Assembly: GCA_963754485.1 (NCBI GenBank)
Contig: CAVWFY010000018.1
Span: forward strand, 77,469-141,468
Reading direction: 5' to 3'
Source: an uncultured Chloroflexia bacterium
GTDB lineage: Bacteria; Chloroflexota; Limnocylindria; Limnocylindrales; CSP1-4
DNA: 64,000 nt
Of this stretch, positions 1 through 10,014 are shown piece after piece (the stretch's first letter is position 1; each line of letters opens with the position of its first letter). The position numbers and the translations under genes were made by a program. A model generated the notes under the pieces. The model was not told the origin of the DNA. It saw only the letters and a list, made by a program, of their open reading frames with translations, and did not search any database.

Positions 1-429
<429 letters not shown>

Positions 430-547
430 CGCACCGGTCCCGGCGACCGCGATTTGCGATTGGCCGAGGATGTGGCAGGATCGGCACCCACGGAGCGGCC
501 GACCCGAGCCCGGCGCCCCGATTGCGGCTGCCCACAAACGAGGGAAC

Positions 548-1609
548 ATGAGCGCCAGGAAGACGGACGACGCCCACGGTGGTGCCACGGGTTCGGGACC
601 CGCCCCGGAGGCGGACGGCGAGCGGGTCGCGGTCCTGCTGTGCGGGTACGGCGAGGTGGAGAGCAACGAGGACCTCGCCGAGTACAACGCCAAGTCGCTG
701 CGCCTGCTCGTCAGCAAGTCGGTCCCGATCCCCGACGTGGCCGTGCCGTTCCTTTCGCGGCGCCTGGCGCGGAAGGCACGCGAGGAGTACGAGCGGGCGA
801 ACCTGTTCGTCTCCCCGCACAACGCGATCTTCGAGCGGCAGCGCGCCGGGATCGGCGCCGCCCTGCACGAGCGCTACGGGGACCGCGTCGAGGTGTTCAG
901 CGCGCTCAACTTCTGCGACGGCTACATGCCGGAGGATGTCCTGCCGGTGATCCGGGCCGCGGGCTACGACCGCGTCGTGGTCTACCCGCTGCTGGTCGTG
1001 GACTCCGTGTACACGGGCGGCCTGTCCCTGGAGCAGGTCAACAAGGCGCTCGGCAGCGACGGCGCCTGGGTGCGCCAGATCCGGTACCTGCCCAGCTTCC
1101 ATGATCGACCCGCCTACCATGAGCGACTCGCCCGCCACGTCCGCGACGGGGTCGCGCCGCTGCGCGACCGGTATGCCACGTCGCAGATCGGGGTCGTCCT
1201 CCTGAACCACGGCTGCCCGTACAAGGCGAAGGGGTTCGAGACGGGCATCCGTGACAGCCGGACCCTGTACCACGCCGTCAAGGAGCGGCTGTGGCACGAG
1301 TTCCCGAACATCAGCGTGGGCTGGATGAACCACCCCACGCCGGGACGCTGGACGCAGCCGGACATGCTCCAGGCGGCCAGGAACCTCGTGACCACGGGTG
1401 CGCGGGCGATCGTGTACGTCCCGATCGGCTTCGTGACGGACAACCACGAGACCATCCTCGACGTCGGCTACACCGCGGACCGATTGGCCAAGGTCCACCC
1501 GGACGTGGAGATCCTGCGTCTGCCCAGCCTCAACGACGATCCGGCCCTCATGGCCCTCGCGGCGGACTGGATCGCGCCGCTCATCGACGACGCCGCTACC
1601 GCTGCCTGA
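548..1609 (+). CDS. hemH: ferrochelatase-family protein
   Basis: ATG 548 follows GAGGGA. The protein has VAVLLCGYGEVES near the N-terminus and a C-terminal IGFVTDNHETILDVGY, which is a ferrochelatase-like layout. The longer track ORF from 293 is only an upstream extension. Confidence 0.7.
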   Translation: MSARKTDDAHGGATGSGPAPEADGERVAVLLCGYGEVESNEDLAEYNAKSLRLLVSKSVPIPDVAVPFLSRRLARKAREEYERANLFVSPHNAIFERQRAGIGAALHERYGDRVEVFSALNFCDGYMPEDVLPVIRAAGYDRVVVYPLLVVDSVYTGGLSLEQVNKALGSDGAWVRQIRYLPSFHDRPAYHERLARHVRDGVAPLRDRYATSQIGVVLLNHGCPYKAKGFETGIRDSRTLYHAVKERLWHEFPNISVGWMNHPTPGRWTQPDMLQAARNLVTTGARAIVYVPIGFVTDNHETILDVGYTADRLAKVHPDVEILRLPSLNDDPALMALAADWIAPLIDDAATAA

Positions 1610-1690
1610 GCCCCGTACGGTGACGCGCTCCGGTCCTGGATCTCGGCAGCCGGACGCCCGGTCTCGGCCGTCGCACGCCCGTATGTCGTC

Positions 1691-4152
1691 GTGTTCGCTC
1701 ATCACGGCGAGCACGACGGCAAGCCGGATGCTCCGGTGGCTCCCCAGCGGCCGCCCCACGCATCCCGGCCGCACGCCGTCGCACCCTCGCCGCTGGTGCC
1801 CCTCGGGCCTGGCGGGCGCCCGCCGGACGTCTCGATGCTGGGCACCAAAGCCGCCTCGCTCGGGTGGCTCGCGAGCCATGGCGCCGCCGTCCCGGCGGCG
1901 GTGGCCGTGCCGGCGGACGTCGCGAGGAAGGTCGCGGCCGGCGACACGCTGACGACCGAGCTCCTCGCGGGCGCGCTCCGCCGCTGGCTCGACCCGACTG
2001 AGGCCTACGCCGTGCGGTCCTCCGCCGAGGGTGAGGACGGCGACCTGCGGTCATTCGCCGGCCAGTTCGAGACCAGGCTGGATGTTCCGGCCGCGGACGT
2101 CCTGGCCGCCGTTCGCGAGGTTGCCGCGCCAGACCGTGAGCGGATCGGCGCGTATGCCGCCCGGAGCGGCATCCCCGTTCCGGAGCACGTGGCCGTCGTG
2201 ATCCAGGAGATGGTCCCCACGACGAGCGCCGGCGTCGCCTTCAGCCGGAACCCGATGACCGGCCTCGACGAGGTCGTGGTGGAGGCCGTTCCCACCCGAG
2301 GCGACGCGCTCGCGGGAGACGGCGTGACGCCGGACCGCTGGGTCCGCCGCTGGGGGGCGTTCACCGAATCGCCCGCCGAGCCGAGGACGCCCGACGCGCT
2401 CGTCGAGGCGGTTGCCCGGGAGACCGTCCGACTTGCGCATGCGTACGGCCGGCCGATCGACCTCGAGTGGGCCTCCGACGGCACCACGACGTGGTGGCTG
2501 CAGGCGCGGCCGATCACGGGCATCGACGGCCTGCGCGTGTACTCCAACCGGATCGCCCGGGACGTCCTGCCCGGTGTGATCAAGCCGCTCGTGTGGTCCG
2601 TCAACGTCCCGCTCGTGAATGCAGCATGGATCGACGTCCTCGAGGAGCTGGTCGGCCCCCTCCACGTTCGGCCCGAGGACCTCGCCCGTTCGTTCGGTTA
2701 TCGGGCCTACTTCGACATGACCACCATCGGGGCCGTGTTCGAGGCGCTCGGGATGCCCCGCGACAGCCTGGAGCTCCTCCTCGGCCTGCCCAAGGGGCCG
2801 GAGGCGCCCGGGTTCCGCCCCGGGGCCGAGGCCCTGCGGCACCTGCCGCGTGTCGCCGGCGCCGGGCGGCGCACGCTCCGGCGGGGCCGCTGGGCGCGCC
2901 GCGAGATCGAGGAGCTGGGCCGGGCACAGGCCGTCCTCGCGGCCGAAGACCCGAACGACCTGGACGACCAGGCGCTGCTGCGGCGGATCGACGCCGTCAC
3001 CGCGCTCGCCAGGCGTGCGGCCTACGCCAACATCGTCATTCCGCTCGCGATGCACGCCTATGACCGCACGCTCGCCCTGCAGCTCAGAGCCGCGGGCATC
3101 GACCCGGTTGGAGTCGATCCGGCAGCCGGGCGGGGCGATCGGAGGACCGGAGCCCGACCGCGGCGCTGGACGGCCTGGATGCCGTCGCGCGTGACCTGCC
3201 CGCCGGTGCTGCCGCGGCGCTGGCCGATCGTGGCGCGGCCGCGCTCGCCGAACGCCCGGACCTCGCCGGGCTCCGGGTTGAGTTCGACCAGTTCCTGGCG
3301 CGCTTCGGCCACCTCTCCGAGAGCGGCAACGACTTCTCGCTCCCGACCTGGCGCGAGGACCCCGATGCGGTCGTGGCGATGATCATCGCCCATCGGGAGC
3401 GCCCCGAAGTGGCTGCCGGACCGAGGGCGGGCATCGACCTCGCCGCCGTCCTGGAGCGGACGCCGCGCCTCCGGCGGCCGCTGGTCCGCATGCTCTGGCG
3501 CCGTGCCGGCGCGTTCCGCGTGTATCGCGACGCCATCGGCGCCACGTGGACCCGGACCTACGGCCTGTTCCGGGGCACGTTCCTCGCTCTCGGCACGCGC
3601 CTCGTGAGCCGAGGGTTGCTCGATTCTCCCGACGACGTCTTCTACCTGTCGCTCGACGAGGTCAGGACCCTGGATCGAGGTGCGACGCCACCCGCCGGCG
3701 AGGCGCGCGGTCTGGTCTCGAGGCGCCGCGCGGAGGTGGCTGAAGCCGCCGAGCTCGTCGTGCCCGAGGTCGTCTACGGCGATGCCTTCGTCGCCCGTCC
3801 GGCCGGCGAGCACGTCCGATCGACGCACGCTGGCATCCCGACCTCCCGTGGCTCGGCCAGGGGGCCGGCGAGGATCGTGCGCGGCGTTCCGGACTTCGGC
3901 CGCGTCCTGGCCGGCGACATCATCGTGATTCCGTTCTCGGACGTCGCCTGGACCCCGTTGTTCGCACGGGCAGCCGGGGTGGTGGCGGAGGCCGGCGGGA
4001 TCCTGTCCCACGCATCCATCGTCGCCCGGGAGTACGGGATCCCCTGCATCGTGTCGGTGCCTGATGCCTGCGATGCCATCCCCGATGGAGCGATGGTGGT
4101 GCTGGACGGCATGGCCGGGACGGTCCTGGTGGAGGACGGCGTCACGGGCTGA
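1691..4152 (+). pseudogene. PEP-utilising enzyme (PPDK_N ATP-grasp plus C-terminal swivel-His domain; PEP synthase / rifampicin-phosphotransferase-like), frameshifted
   Basis: Frame 2 carries MLGTKAASLGWL...AYAVRSSAEGEDG...AVVIQEMV. Near 3120-3160 the conserved text continues in frame 1 (TAALDGLDAV...FGHLSESGNDFSLPTWREDP...GGILSHASIVAREYGIPCIV). The start is uncertain (1691, 1796 or 1835). Confidence 0.75.
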
Positions 4153-4171
4153 GGAGCTCCCGGGAATCCAA

Positions 4172-4197
4172 GAGCCGCCGGTTGATCCCGGCGGCTC
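4172..4197. terminator. bidirectional stem-loop between convergent genes
   Basis: GAGCCGCCGG-TTGATC-CCGGCGGCTC forms a perfect 10-bp stem. It lies 20 nt after the TGA at 4150-4152 and 34 nt after the minus-strand stop at 4231-4233. Confidence 0.6.
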
Positions 4198-4230
4198 AGG
4201 CCTCGGCGGTGGGCGCGAGACGGATGCTGG

Positions 4231-4326
4231 CTACCAGCGCTTGGCGCCATCGATGACGAACGCGAACGCGGCCATCGTGCCAAGGAACATGATCGCGCGC
4301 TGCGCGAGAGCCTTCGTCTTGGTCAT
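4231..4326 (-). CDS. 31-aa hydrophobic peptide (MTKTKALAQRAIMFLGTMAAFAFVIDGAKRW)
   Basis: I translated this by hand; it is too short to appear in the ORF track. Its ATG (4326-4324) overlaps the TGA of the upstream kinase ORF as ATGA. AAGGAAAC lies 8 nt upstream. It has one predicted TM helix and is followed by the 4172-4197 hairpin. Confidence 0.4.
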   Translation of the reverse strand: MTKTKALAQRAIMFLGTMAAFAFVIDGAKRW

Positions 4327-5717
4327 GTCCTGGGTTTCCTTCGGCTGGGGGGTTGGTTGGGCTCTCCCCGTGGAGGACCCGAACCGTAACGTGCCCCCGA
4401 CGCCTTAAGGCATGACCCATTGGTACCGGTACCCCCCTGACGGTGTGGGGAGTTGCCGGAGCGCACCGGGGCCGATCGCGACGAGTTCAGGCGCCCGATG
4501 CCGGGACGCGTGAACCAGAACGTGCTGCCCCTGCCGGGCGCCGAGCTCACCAGCAGGTCGCCGTCGTGGGCCCGCACGATCTGGCGCGCGATGGGCAGCC
4601 CGAGGCCGGTCCCGCGCGGACCGCCCGGCAGGGTGTCCGACGCCTGCCGGAAGGGTTCGAAGATCCTCTCGAGGTCCGCCTCGGGGATGCCCCTCCCGGT
4701 GTCGGCGACAGCGACCCGCACGGCGCCGTCCACCGCTGCCACGGTGACCGTCACCCGGCCTCCCGGGCTGAACTTGACGGCGTTCGAGACGAGGTTGATC
4801 ACGACCTGGACCAGGCGTTCCTCGTCGCCGGTCACCTCCGGCAGGCCGTCGGCGATCCGTTCCTCGAGGGCCACGCCACCCACCTCGAACAGCGCGGACG
4901 TGGCGGCGAGCGCCCTGCGGACGACCTCCTCGAGACGGATCGGGGCCATGCGCCACTCGATCCGGCCGGCCTCGATCTTGGCGAGGTCCAGGAGGTCGTT
5001 GATGAGGCCCGTCAGTCGCTCGCCCTCCTCCACGATGATCCCGAGGTTGTCGCCGACCTGCTGCACCGCCCTGTCAACCCTGGGGTCGTCCCGGGCCACG
5101 ACCGGGAACACGACCTCGTCGAGGCGCTTGCGGTTCAACCGGGCGAAGCCGACGACGGACGTGAGGGGCGTGCGCAGCTCGTGCGACACGTTGGCGAGGA
5201 ACCGGCTCTTGGCCTCGTTCGCGAGCTCCGCGGCCGCCCGGGCTTCCTGGGCCTCGGTCATGGCCGCGAGGAGGTCCGCGGTGCGCTCGACGACCCGCGC
5301 CTCGAGGGCGCGGTTCTGGGCCTCGAGCTCCGAGCGCAGGCGCGCCGACTCCAGGCCCCCCGCGAGCAGCGAGCCCACGGTGTAGAGGAGTGGGCCGTCG
5401 TCCGGCTCGAGCGGTCCGCCGTCGCGGACGTCGGGCACGATCAGGACGCCGATCGCCCGGCCCTGGGTGGTGAGCGGGGTGCCGACGAAGCCGGCCGAGC
5501 CCAGCAGGGCGGCGAGCCGGCGGTTGGTCTCGTCGCCCTCGGACGCGGCGTCCCTGAACAGGAGCGGCCCGTCGGCGCGGGCGAGCAGCGCCGGGGCGGC
5601 GGTCTCGTCGTCTAGGGTCACGACGATGTCGGCCAGCAACAGCCCCAGCCCCGGCGGCCCCCCGGCCGTGCGCCAGTCCGCGATGGACCCTGCCGCCGGG
5701 TCGACCAGCCCGACCAC
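4323..5717 (-). CDS. sensor histidine kinase (partial GAF, HisKA, HATPase_c)
   Basis: It has an H-box (SRFLANVSHELRTPL), an N-box (LVQVVINLVSNAVKF), and G-boxes (DTGRGI, GTGLGLPIAR). The frame stays open upstream to 5978 and reads as good GAF sequence (SAVLEERLRRRLAELSAINALGIVIAS...) but contains no ATG or GTG. It is therefore probably the 3' part of a frameshifted fusion with 5936-6772. The 60-aa tail after FWFTRP looks non-domain. Confidence 0.75.
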   Translation of the reverse strand: MVGLVDPAAGSIADWRTAGGPPGLGLLLADIVVTLDDETAAPALLARADGPLLFRDAASEGDETNRRLAALLGSAGFVGTPLTTQGRAIGVLIVPDVRDGGPLEPDDGPLLYTVGSLLAGGLESARLRSELEAQNRALEARVVERTADLLAAMTEAQEARAAAELANEAKSRFLANVSHELRTPLTSVVGFARLNRKRLDEVVFPVVARDDPRVDRAVQQVGDNLGIIVEEGERLTGLINDLLDLAKIEAGRIEWRMAPIRLEEVVRRALAATSALFEVGGVALEERIADGLPEVTGDEERLVQVVINLVSNAVKFSPGGRVTVTVAAVDGAVRVAVADTGRGIPEADLERIFEPFRQASDTLPGGPRGTGLGLPIARQIVRAHDGDLLVSSAPGRGSTFWFTRPGIGRLNSSRSAPVRSGNSPHRQGGTGTNGSCLKASGARYGSGPPRGEPNQPPSRRKPRT

Positions 5718-5935
5718 CCCGCGCTCGAACCCCAGGCGGCCGACGATCTCGGCCAGACCCAGCTCGACGAGCCGCGCCGGGTCATGCGTGGATGCGATGA
5801 CGATGCCCAGGGCGTTGATCGCGCTGAGCTCCGCGAGGCGCCGGCGGAGACGCTCCTCGAGGACGGCCGAGCGCCCGGCGGTGCCGGCGGTCCGGTCCGC
5901 TCGTGAGGCCGACGCGGCGCGATCCGGCCGGAAGC

Positions 5936-6772
5936 TCAGGACCCGGTGCTCCGGGCGGCGTCCCCGCCGGCATGGTCGTCAGCCGAACTCGGGCCGGTCG
6001 CCACGCCCAGGGCTCGCCCGATCGCGGGTCCGGCCAGCGCGGCGATCGCCGTGACGACCTTGAGATCCGCGGACCGGAATGGCCCACCCGTGGCCGTGGC
6101 ACCGACCACGCCCAGGATCACGTCCCCGGCACGCAGGGCCGCCACGACGATGCTGCCACCGTCACGTTCGGGCCCGGTCGCGCGCGGGTCCGCCGCGGTG
6201 TCCTCGACCAGCTCCGATCCGCCCGAAATGGCCGCCTCGCCCACGATCCCGACACCCGCGCGGGCCTCGGCGATCGGGCCTCCCTCGCCGTCGGCCCCGG
6301 GCGCTGTCCGCAGCGTGCTCCCGTCCGCGTCGGCCAGGAGGACGAACCCGCGCGCGTCGTGCGGCAGGCGCGACAGCTCCGTGACGGCCGCGTGGACGAC
6401 CGGTTCCACGGCGTCCGAACCACCGATCGTCGCCGCCAGGTCGTAGATCAGCGACAGCTCCCGGTAGCGCTCGAGCGCCTCGTTCGCGAGCGAGCGCTTG
6501 TCCCGCTCCCGCGCGGCGGCGTATGCGAGCACGGCCGCGAAGCCGCGGGCGGTGCGGCCACCTTCGACCCAGCCCAGCATGTCGCCGTCCACGACGACGT
6601 CCTGGCGGACGGCCGCGTCCTGCGGTCCCGCGCCCGCCGGTCCACCCCGCTCGAGGATGACCGCTCCCTCGCCGTCGCGGATCGTGACGGCGGCATCGAC
6701 CGATGCCAGCAGCGCGGCGACCATCGGCGCCACGTGGCGGTGCCGCACGATGAGGCGGCGCAGCTCGCTCAT
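5936..6772 (-). CDS. GAF-domain sensor protein (probably the N-terminal part of the downstream kinase)
   Basis: It has a GAF-like core (ERYRELSLIYDLAATIGGS...GFVLLAD...GIVGEA...VVAALRAGDVILGVVGA). Its ATG 6772 overlaps the receiver-gene stop as ATGA. The last ~25 aa look out of frame. Confidence 0.7.
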   Translation of the reverse strand: MSELRRLIVRHRHVAPMVAALLASVDAAVTIRDGEGAVILERGGPAGAGPQDAAVRQDVVVDGDMLGWVEGGRTARGFAAVLAYAAARERDKRSLANEALERYRELSLIYDLAATIGGSDAVEPVVHAAVTELSRLPHDARGFVLLADADGSTLRTAPGADGEGGPIAEARAGVGIVGEAAISGGSELVEDTAADPRATGPERDGGSIVVAALRAGDVILGVVGATATGGPFRSADLKVVTAIAALAGPAIGRALGVATGPSSADDHAGGDAARSTGS

Positions 6773-7149
6773 TGGAGCCCCAGGACGCCCCGGGCGAGCG
6801 CGAGGAGCGCGTCCGGGTCGAAGGGCTTCGTGAGGAACTCGTCGGCGCCCGCGGCCAGGCCCTCGGCCCGGTCCTGCGCCTGGCCCTTGGCCGTGAGCAG
6901 CACGATGTGGGCTCCGGCCAGCTCCGGGTCGGCACGGACGGCCCGGCAGACGTCGAGGCCGCTCTGGCCGGGCATCATCACGTCGAGGAACACGAGGGCT
7001 GGGCGCTGGGCGGCGATGGCGGCCAGCGCCTCGTCCCCGTCGGCGGCCGTGTACAGCTCCACGCCCTCGTCCAGGAGCTCTTCCAGGGTCTGCTCGATCA
7101 GCAGCCGGATGTGCTGTTCGTCGTCAACGATCAGGACCGCTCGCGCCAT
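6769..7149 (-). CDS. single-domain response regulator (CheY-like receiver, no output domain)
   Basis: MARAVLIVDDEQHIR...LVFLDVMMPGQSGLDV...VLLTAKGQ...EFLTKPFD carries the DD, D, T and K receiver residues. ATG 7149 follows GGGAGGG. Confidence 0.9.
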   Translation of the reverse strand: MARAVLIVDDEQHIRLLIEQTLEELLDEGVELYTAADGDEALAAIAAQRPALVFLDVMMPGQSGLDVCRAVRADPELAGAHIVLLTAKGQAQDRAEGLAAGADEFLTKPFDPDALLALARGVLGLQ

Positions 7150-7253
7150 GCGCCCTCCCAGCGTGGATTGGCCGCTCACGATGCCGGAACGGCGGCGCTC
7201 GTGCAAGGCGAACCCGCCGGCAGGCCGGTCCAGCGCTGGGGCATGATGCGTCC

Positions 7254-8060
7254 ATGCCGAACGATGCCGCTCCCACAGCCCCGTCCATCCCGCCCCGCCC
7301 CGATCTCCGGCGTCGAGTGCTCGCCGGCGAGCCCACCATCGGCCTGTTCGTCAATCTCGGATCGATCGTCTCCGCGGAGATCGTGGCCAGGGCCGGCTAC
7401 GACTGGGCCCTGGTCGACCTCGAGCACGGCATGACGACGGAGGCGGACCTGCTCGCCCAGCTGATGACGATCCAGGCCACGCCCACGGCCGCGGTCGTGC
7501 GCGTGGTGTCGTCCGAGCGGATGCGCGTTGGCCGGGTGCTGGACCTGGGCGCGGACGGGCTGATGATCCCGCGCCTGGAGACCGCAGCCGACATGCGCGA
7601 AACCGTGAGCTGGATGCGCTACCCGCCGGCGGGCGTGCGCGGCGTTGCGGCGGGGACGCGCGGCGCCGGATACGCGACCGTGGCGCACGCGCAGATCCAG
7701 GGCCTGAACGAGCGGGTCCTGGGCGTGTTCCAGGTGGAGTCGCGGGCGGCGGTCGCCGCGGTCGACGAGCTGGCGGCGATCGACGGTGTGGACGTGCTGT
7801 TCGTGGGGCCGGCGGACCTGAGCCATGAGATGGGGATCCCGGGCGAGTTCGCCAACCCGCAGTTCACTGCGGCGCTCGACCGCGTGGCGACCGTCTCGAA
7901 GGCCAACGGCAAGGCGGCCGGGATGCTCGTGCGTGACGCCTCGGAGGTGCCGGCCTACCTGGCCCGCGGCTACGGGTTCCTGGGCATCGGCTCGGACTCC
8001 GGGCTGGTCATGAGCGGGGCACGGAGCCAGCTCGCGGAGGCGCGGGCGGCGCTGGGCTGA
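7254..8060 (+). CDS. HpcH/HpaI-family 2-keto-3-deoxy-acid aldolase
   Basis: GYDWALVDLEHG, VVRV, MIPRLETAADMRETVSWMRYPPAGVRG, QVES and LFVGPADLS are typical of class II HpcH/HpaI aldolases. Confidence 0.8.
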   Translation: MPNDAAPTAPSIPPRPDLRRRVLAGEPTIGLFVNLGSIVSAEIVARAGYDWALVDLEHGMTTEADLLAQLMTIQATPTAAVVRVVSSERMRVGRVLDLGADGLMIPRLETAADMRETVSWMRYPPAGVRGVAAGTRGAGYATVAHAQIQGLNERVLGVFQVESRAAVAAVDELAAIDGVDVLFVGPADLSHEMGIPGEFANPQFTAALDRVATVSKANGKAAGMLVRDASEVPAYLARGYGFLGIGSDSGLVMSGARSQLAEARAALG

Positions 8061-8110
8061 TCGGCCGGGCCGAGGGCGGCCCACCGCGCGATCCGCCGCA
8101 CCCCGGTCGG

Positions 8111-8347
8111 TCACCGCCGGTCGATCGTCCGCCTCGACGCGGGGTGGCCGGGCGTGCCGGGCGCCACGTCGGCGACCTCGCGCGGGCCATCGGGGTTGAC
8201 GTGACGGTCGGCGTCGGACCAGCCGGGCCCACCCGCCGCGCGCCGCTCGCGCGCTTCTTCCCTCCGCTCGTGGCGGGGCGGGAGCTCAACGTAGGGCTCG
8301 TCGGACGAACCGAGGCGCCGCAGCCAGTCGCGCAGGGACATCGGCAC
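8111..8347 (-). CDS. hypothetical small charged protein
   Basis: This 78-aa ORF starts 4 nt after the EamA stop. Third-position GC is high (about 88% by eye). I recognised no family. Confidence 0.35.
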   Translation of the reverse strand: MPMSLRDWLRRLGSSDEPYVELPPRHERREEARERRAAGGPGWSDADRHVNPDGPREVADVAPGTPGHPASRRTIDRR

Positions 8348-8350
8348 AGC

Positions 8351-9370
8351 CTACTCGTCGCCCAGGCGAACCGCGGGCTGGGGGAGCATCGGCGCGTCGG
8401 GGCCCAGGCCCGCCTGCGCACGCCGTCCGCGCGTCTGCGACAGCAAGACGCCCACGAGGATCAGTGCCCCGCCCACCCATTGGATCGGCGCCAGGCGCTC
8501 GTCGAGGAGGATCGAGGCGGCCAGGATCGTCCACAGCGGTTCCACGGTGGAGATCAGCGAGGCCTGGGCCGCCCCCACCCGCTGCGCGCCGGCGTAGAAG
8601 CCCTGGACGGCCAGGAACCCCGCGACCACGGCGACGCCCAGGATTCCGGGCCAGGCGTCGGACGGGATCTCGGCCGGGAGCACCGGGTGGTTGGTTGCCA
8701 GGTTGACGGTCCAGTACACGGCGGCCGTCGCGGTGAGCATCACCGCCCCCACCACGGAGGCGTTCGCACCTTCGTCCGAGCCATGGCCGGTCCGGTCCCT
8801 CCGCTCCCCGGAGTGCCGCGCGGCCAGGATGATCCAGGCCGAGTAGAGGAGCGGCGAGGCCACGATCAGCAGCAGGCCACCGATTGGTGGGACGGCCGAC
8901 TCGGGGATCCCGCCCACGGCCAGGACGACGCCCGCGACGGCGATCGCCAGCGCCGTCCAGGCGCGCCGTCCCTCGAGCGGCCGTCCGAACTGGAGCGCCA
9001 GGACGGCGACGACCGGCGGGTAGATGTACACGATCAGGGCCGCGAGCGAGAGGTCCACGGTCGTGATTCCCGCGTAGTAGGTCGCGGTGTTGCCCACGTA
9101 GACCACGCCCAGGCCCATTGTCACGAGCAGCTGCCGGCGGGGCATCGCACGCAGCGCCCGGCGGGCGTCCGCCCTGGCGATCAGCACGACCCAGCCGAGC
9201 GCGCCGGCGATGAGGAACCGCCACGCCATCAGCGTCAGCCAGTCGACGCCGGTCGCGTAGACGGGACGCGCGAACAGGCCACCGGACCCGAAGGCGATGG
9301 CGGAGATGACGACGAGAGCGACGCCGATCAGGCGGGTCCGGTCCACCTTCCCGAGGGTAGCGAACGCCAC
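8351..9370 (-). CDS. EamA/DMT-family transporter
   Basis: It has about ten hydrophobic helices in two EamA-like halves (LIGVALVVISAIAFGSGGLF..., ...LISTVEPLWTILAASILLDERL). The start is taken as GTG 9370; GTG 9346 is also possible. Confidence 0.75.
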   Translation of the reverse strand: MAFATLGKVDRTRLIGVALVVISAIAFGSGGLFARPVYATGVDWLTLMAWRFLIAGALGWVVLIARADARRALRAMPRRQLLVTMGLGVVYVGNTATYYAGITTVDLSLAALIVYIYPPVVAVLALQFGRPLEGRRAWTALAIAVAGVVLAVGGIPESAVPPIGGLLLIVASPLLYSAWIILAARHSGERRDRTGHGSDEGANASVVGAVMLTATAAVYWTVNLATNHPVLPAEIPSDAWPGILGVAVVAGFLAVQGFYAGAQRVGAAQASLISTVEPLWTILAASILLDERLAPIQWVGGALILVGVLLSQTRGRRAQAGLGPDAPMLPQPAVRLGDE

Positions 9371-9501
9371 GCCTCGGCCGGGGGTGCGCGAGACCGCTTC
9401 GCCGGGGCCCCAGGACCCCCGATCAACGGGCCGTCCGGACCCCCGCAACCGTCCGGCAACACTCCCCGCGTACCCGCGGGGCCGCGCGTTACACTTGATG
9501 C

Positions 9502-10014
9502 GTGGCTGATCTCACCGAGCGCGCCGTCACGGCGCGCGTCCCCACCCTGGTATCACAACCCCTCACCATGGTCGGACGCCGGCACCCCGTGTCGGTGCCC
9601 CCGGGCACGACGCTCGGGGACTGTCTGCTGGCGATCCAGCGCACCGGTACCGGCGACTCAGTCTTCGTGACTGGCCCCGACGGACGACTCGCTGGTGTCC
9701 TCACGGAGCGCGACATCTTCGGTCGCCTGGTCGGACCGGACGTGGCCGCCGGTGTGGACCTCGACGTCCCGGTCGAGGCGTTCATGACGACGAGCCCGCA
9801 CACGCTGCAGCTCCGCCAGACCGTCCGGGACGCGCTCGAGCTGATGCAGACCGGAACGTTCCGCAACGTGCCGGTGGTGGACGACGACGGGCGCCTGGTC
9901 GGCGTGGTCCGCCAGGTGGACATCCTCAAGTTCCTCGCGGAGTCCTTCCCCGAGGAGCTGCTCAACCTCCCACCCCGACCCCACCAGCGCATGGAGCAGG
10001 CCGAAGGCGGATGA
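9502..10014 (+). CDS. CBS-pair domain protein
   Basis: It has two CBS motifs (LAGVLTERDIFGRL and LVGVVRQVDILKFL). Its stop overlaps the korA ATG as ATGA. Confidence 0.8.
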   Translation: MADLTERAVTARVPTLVSQPLTMVGRRHPVSVPPGTTLGDCLLAIQRTGTGDSVFVTGPDGRLAGVLTERDIFGRLVGPDVAAGVDLDVPVEAFMTTSPHTLQLRQTVRDALELMQTGTFRNVPVVDDDGRLVGVVRQVDILKFLAESFPEELLNLPPRPHQRMEQAEGG

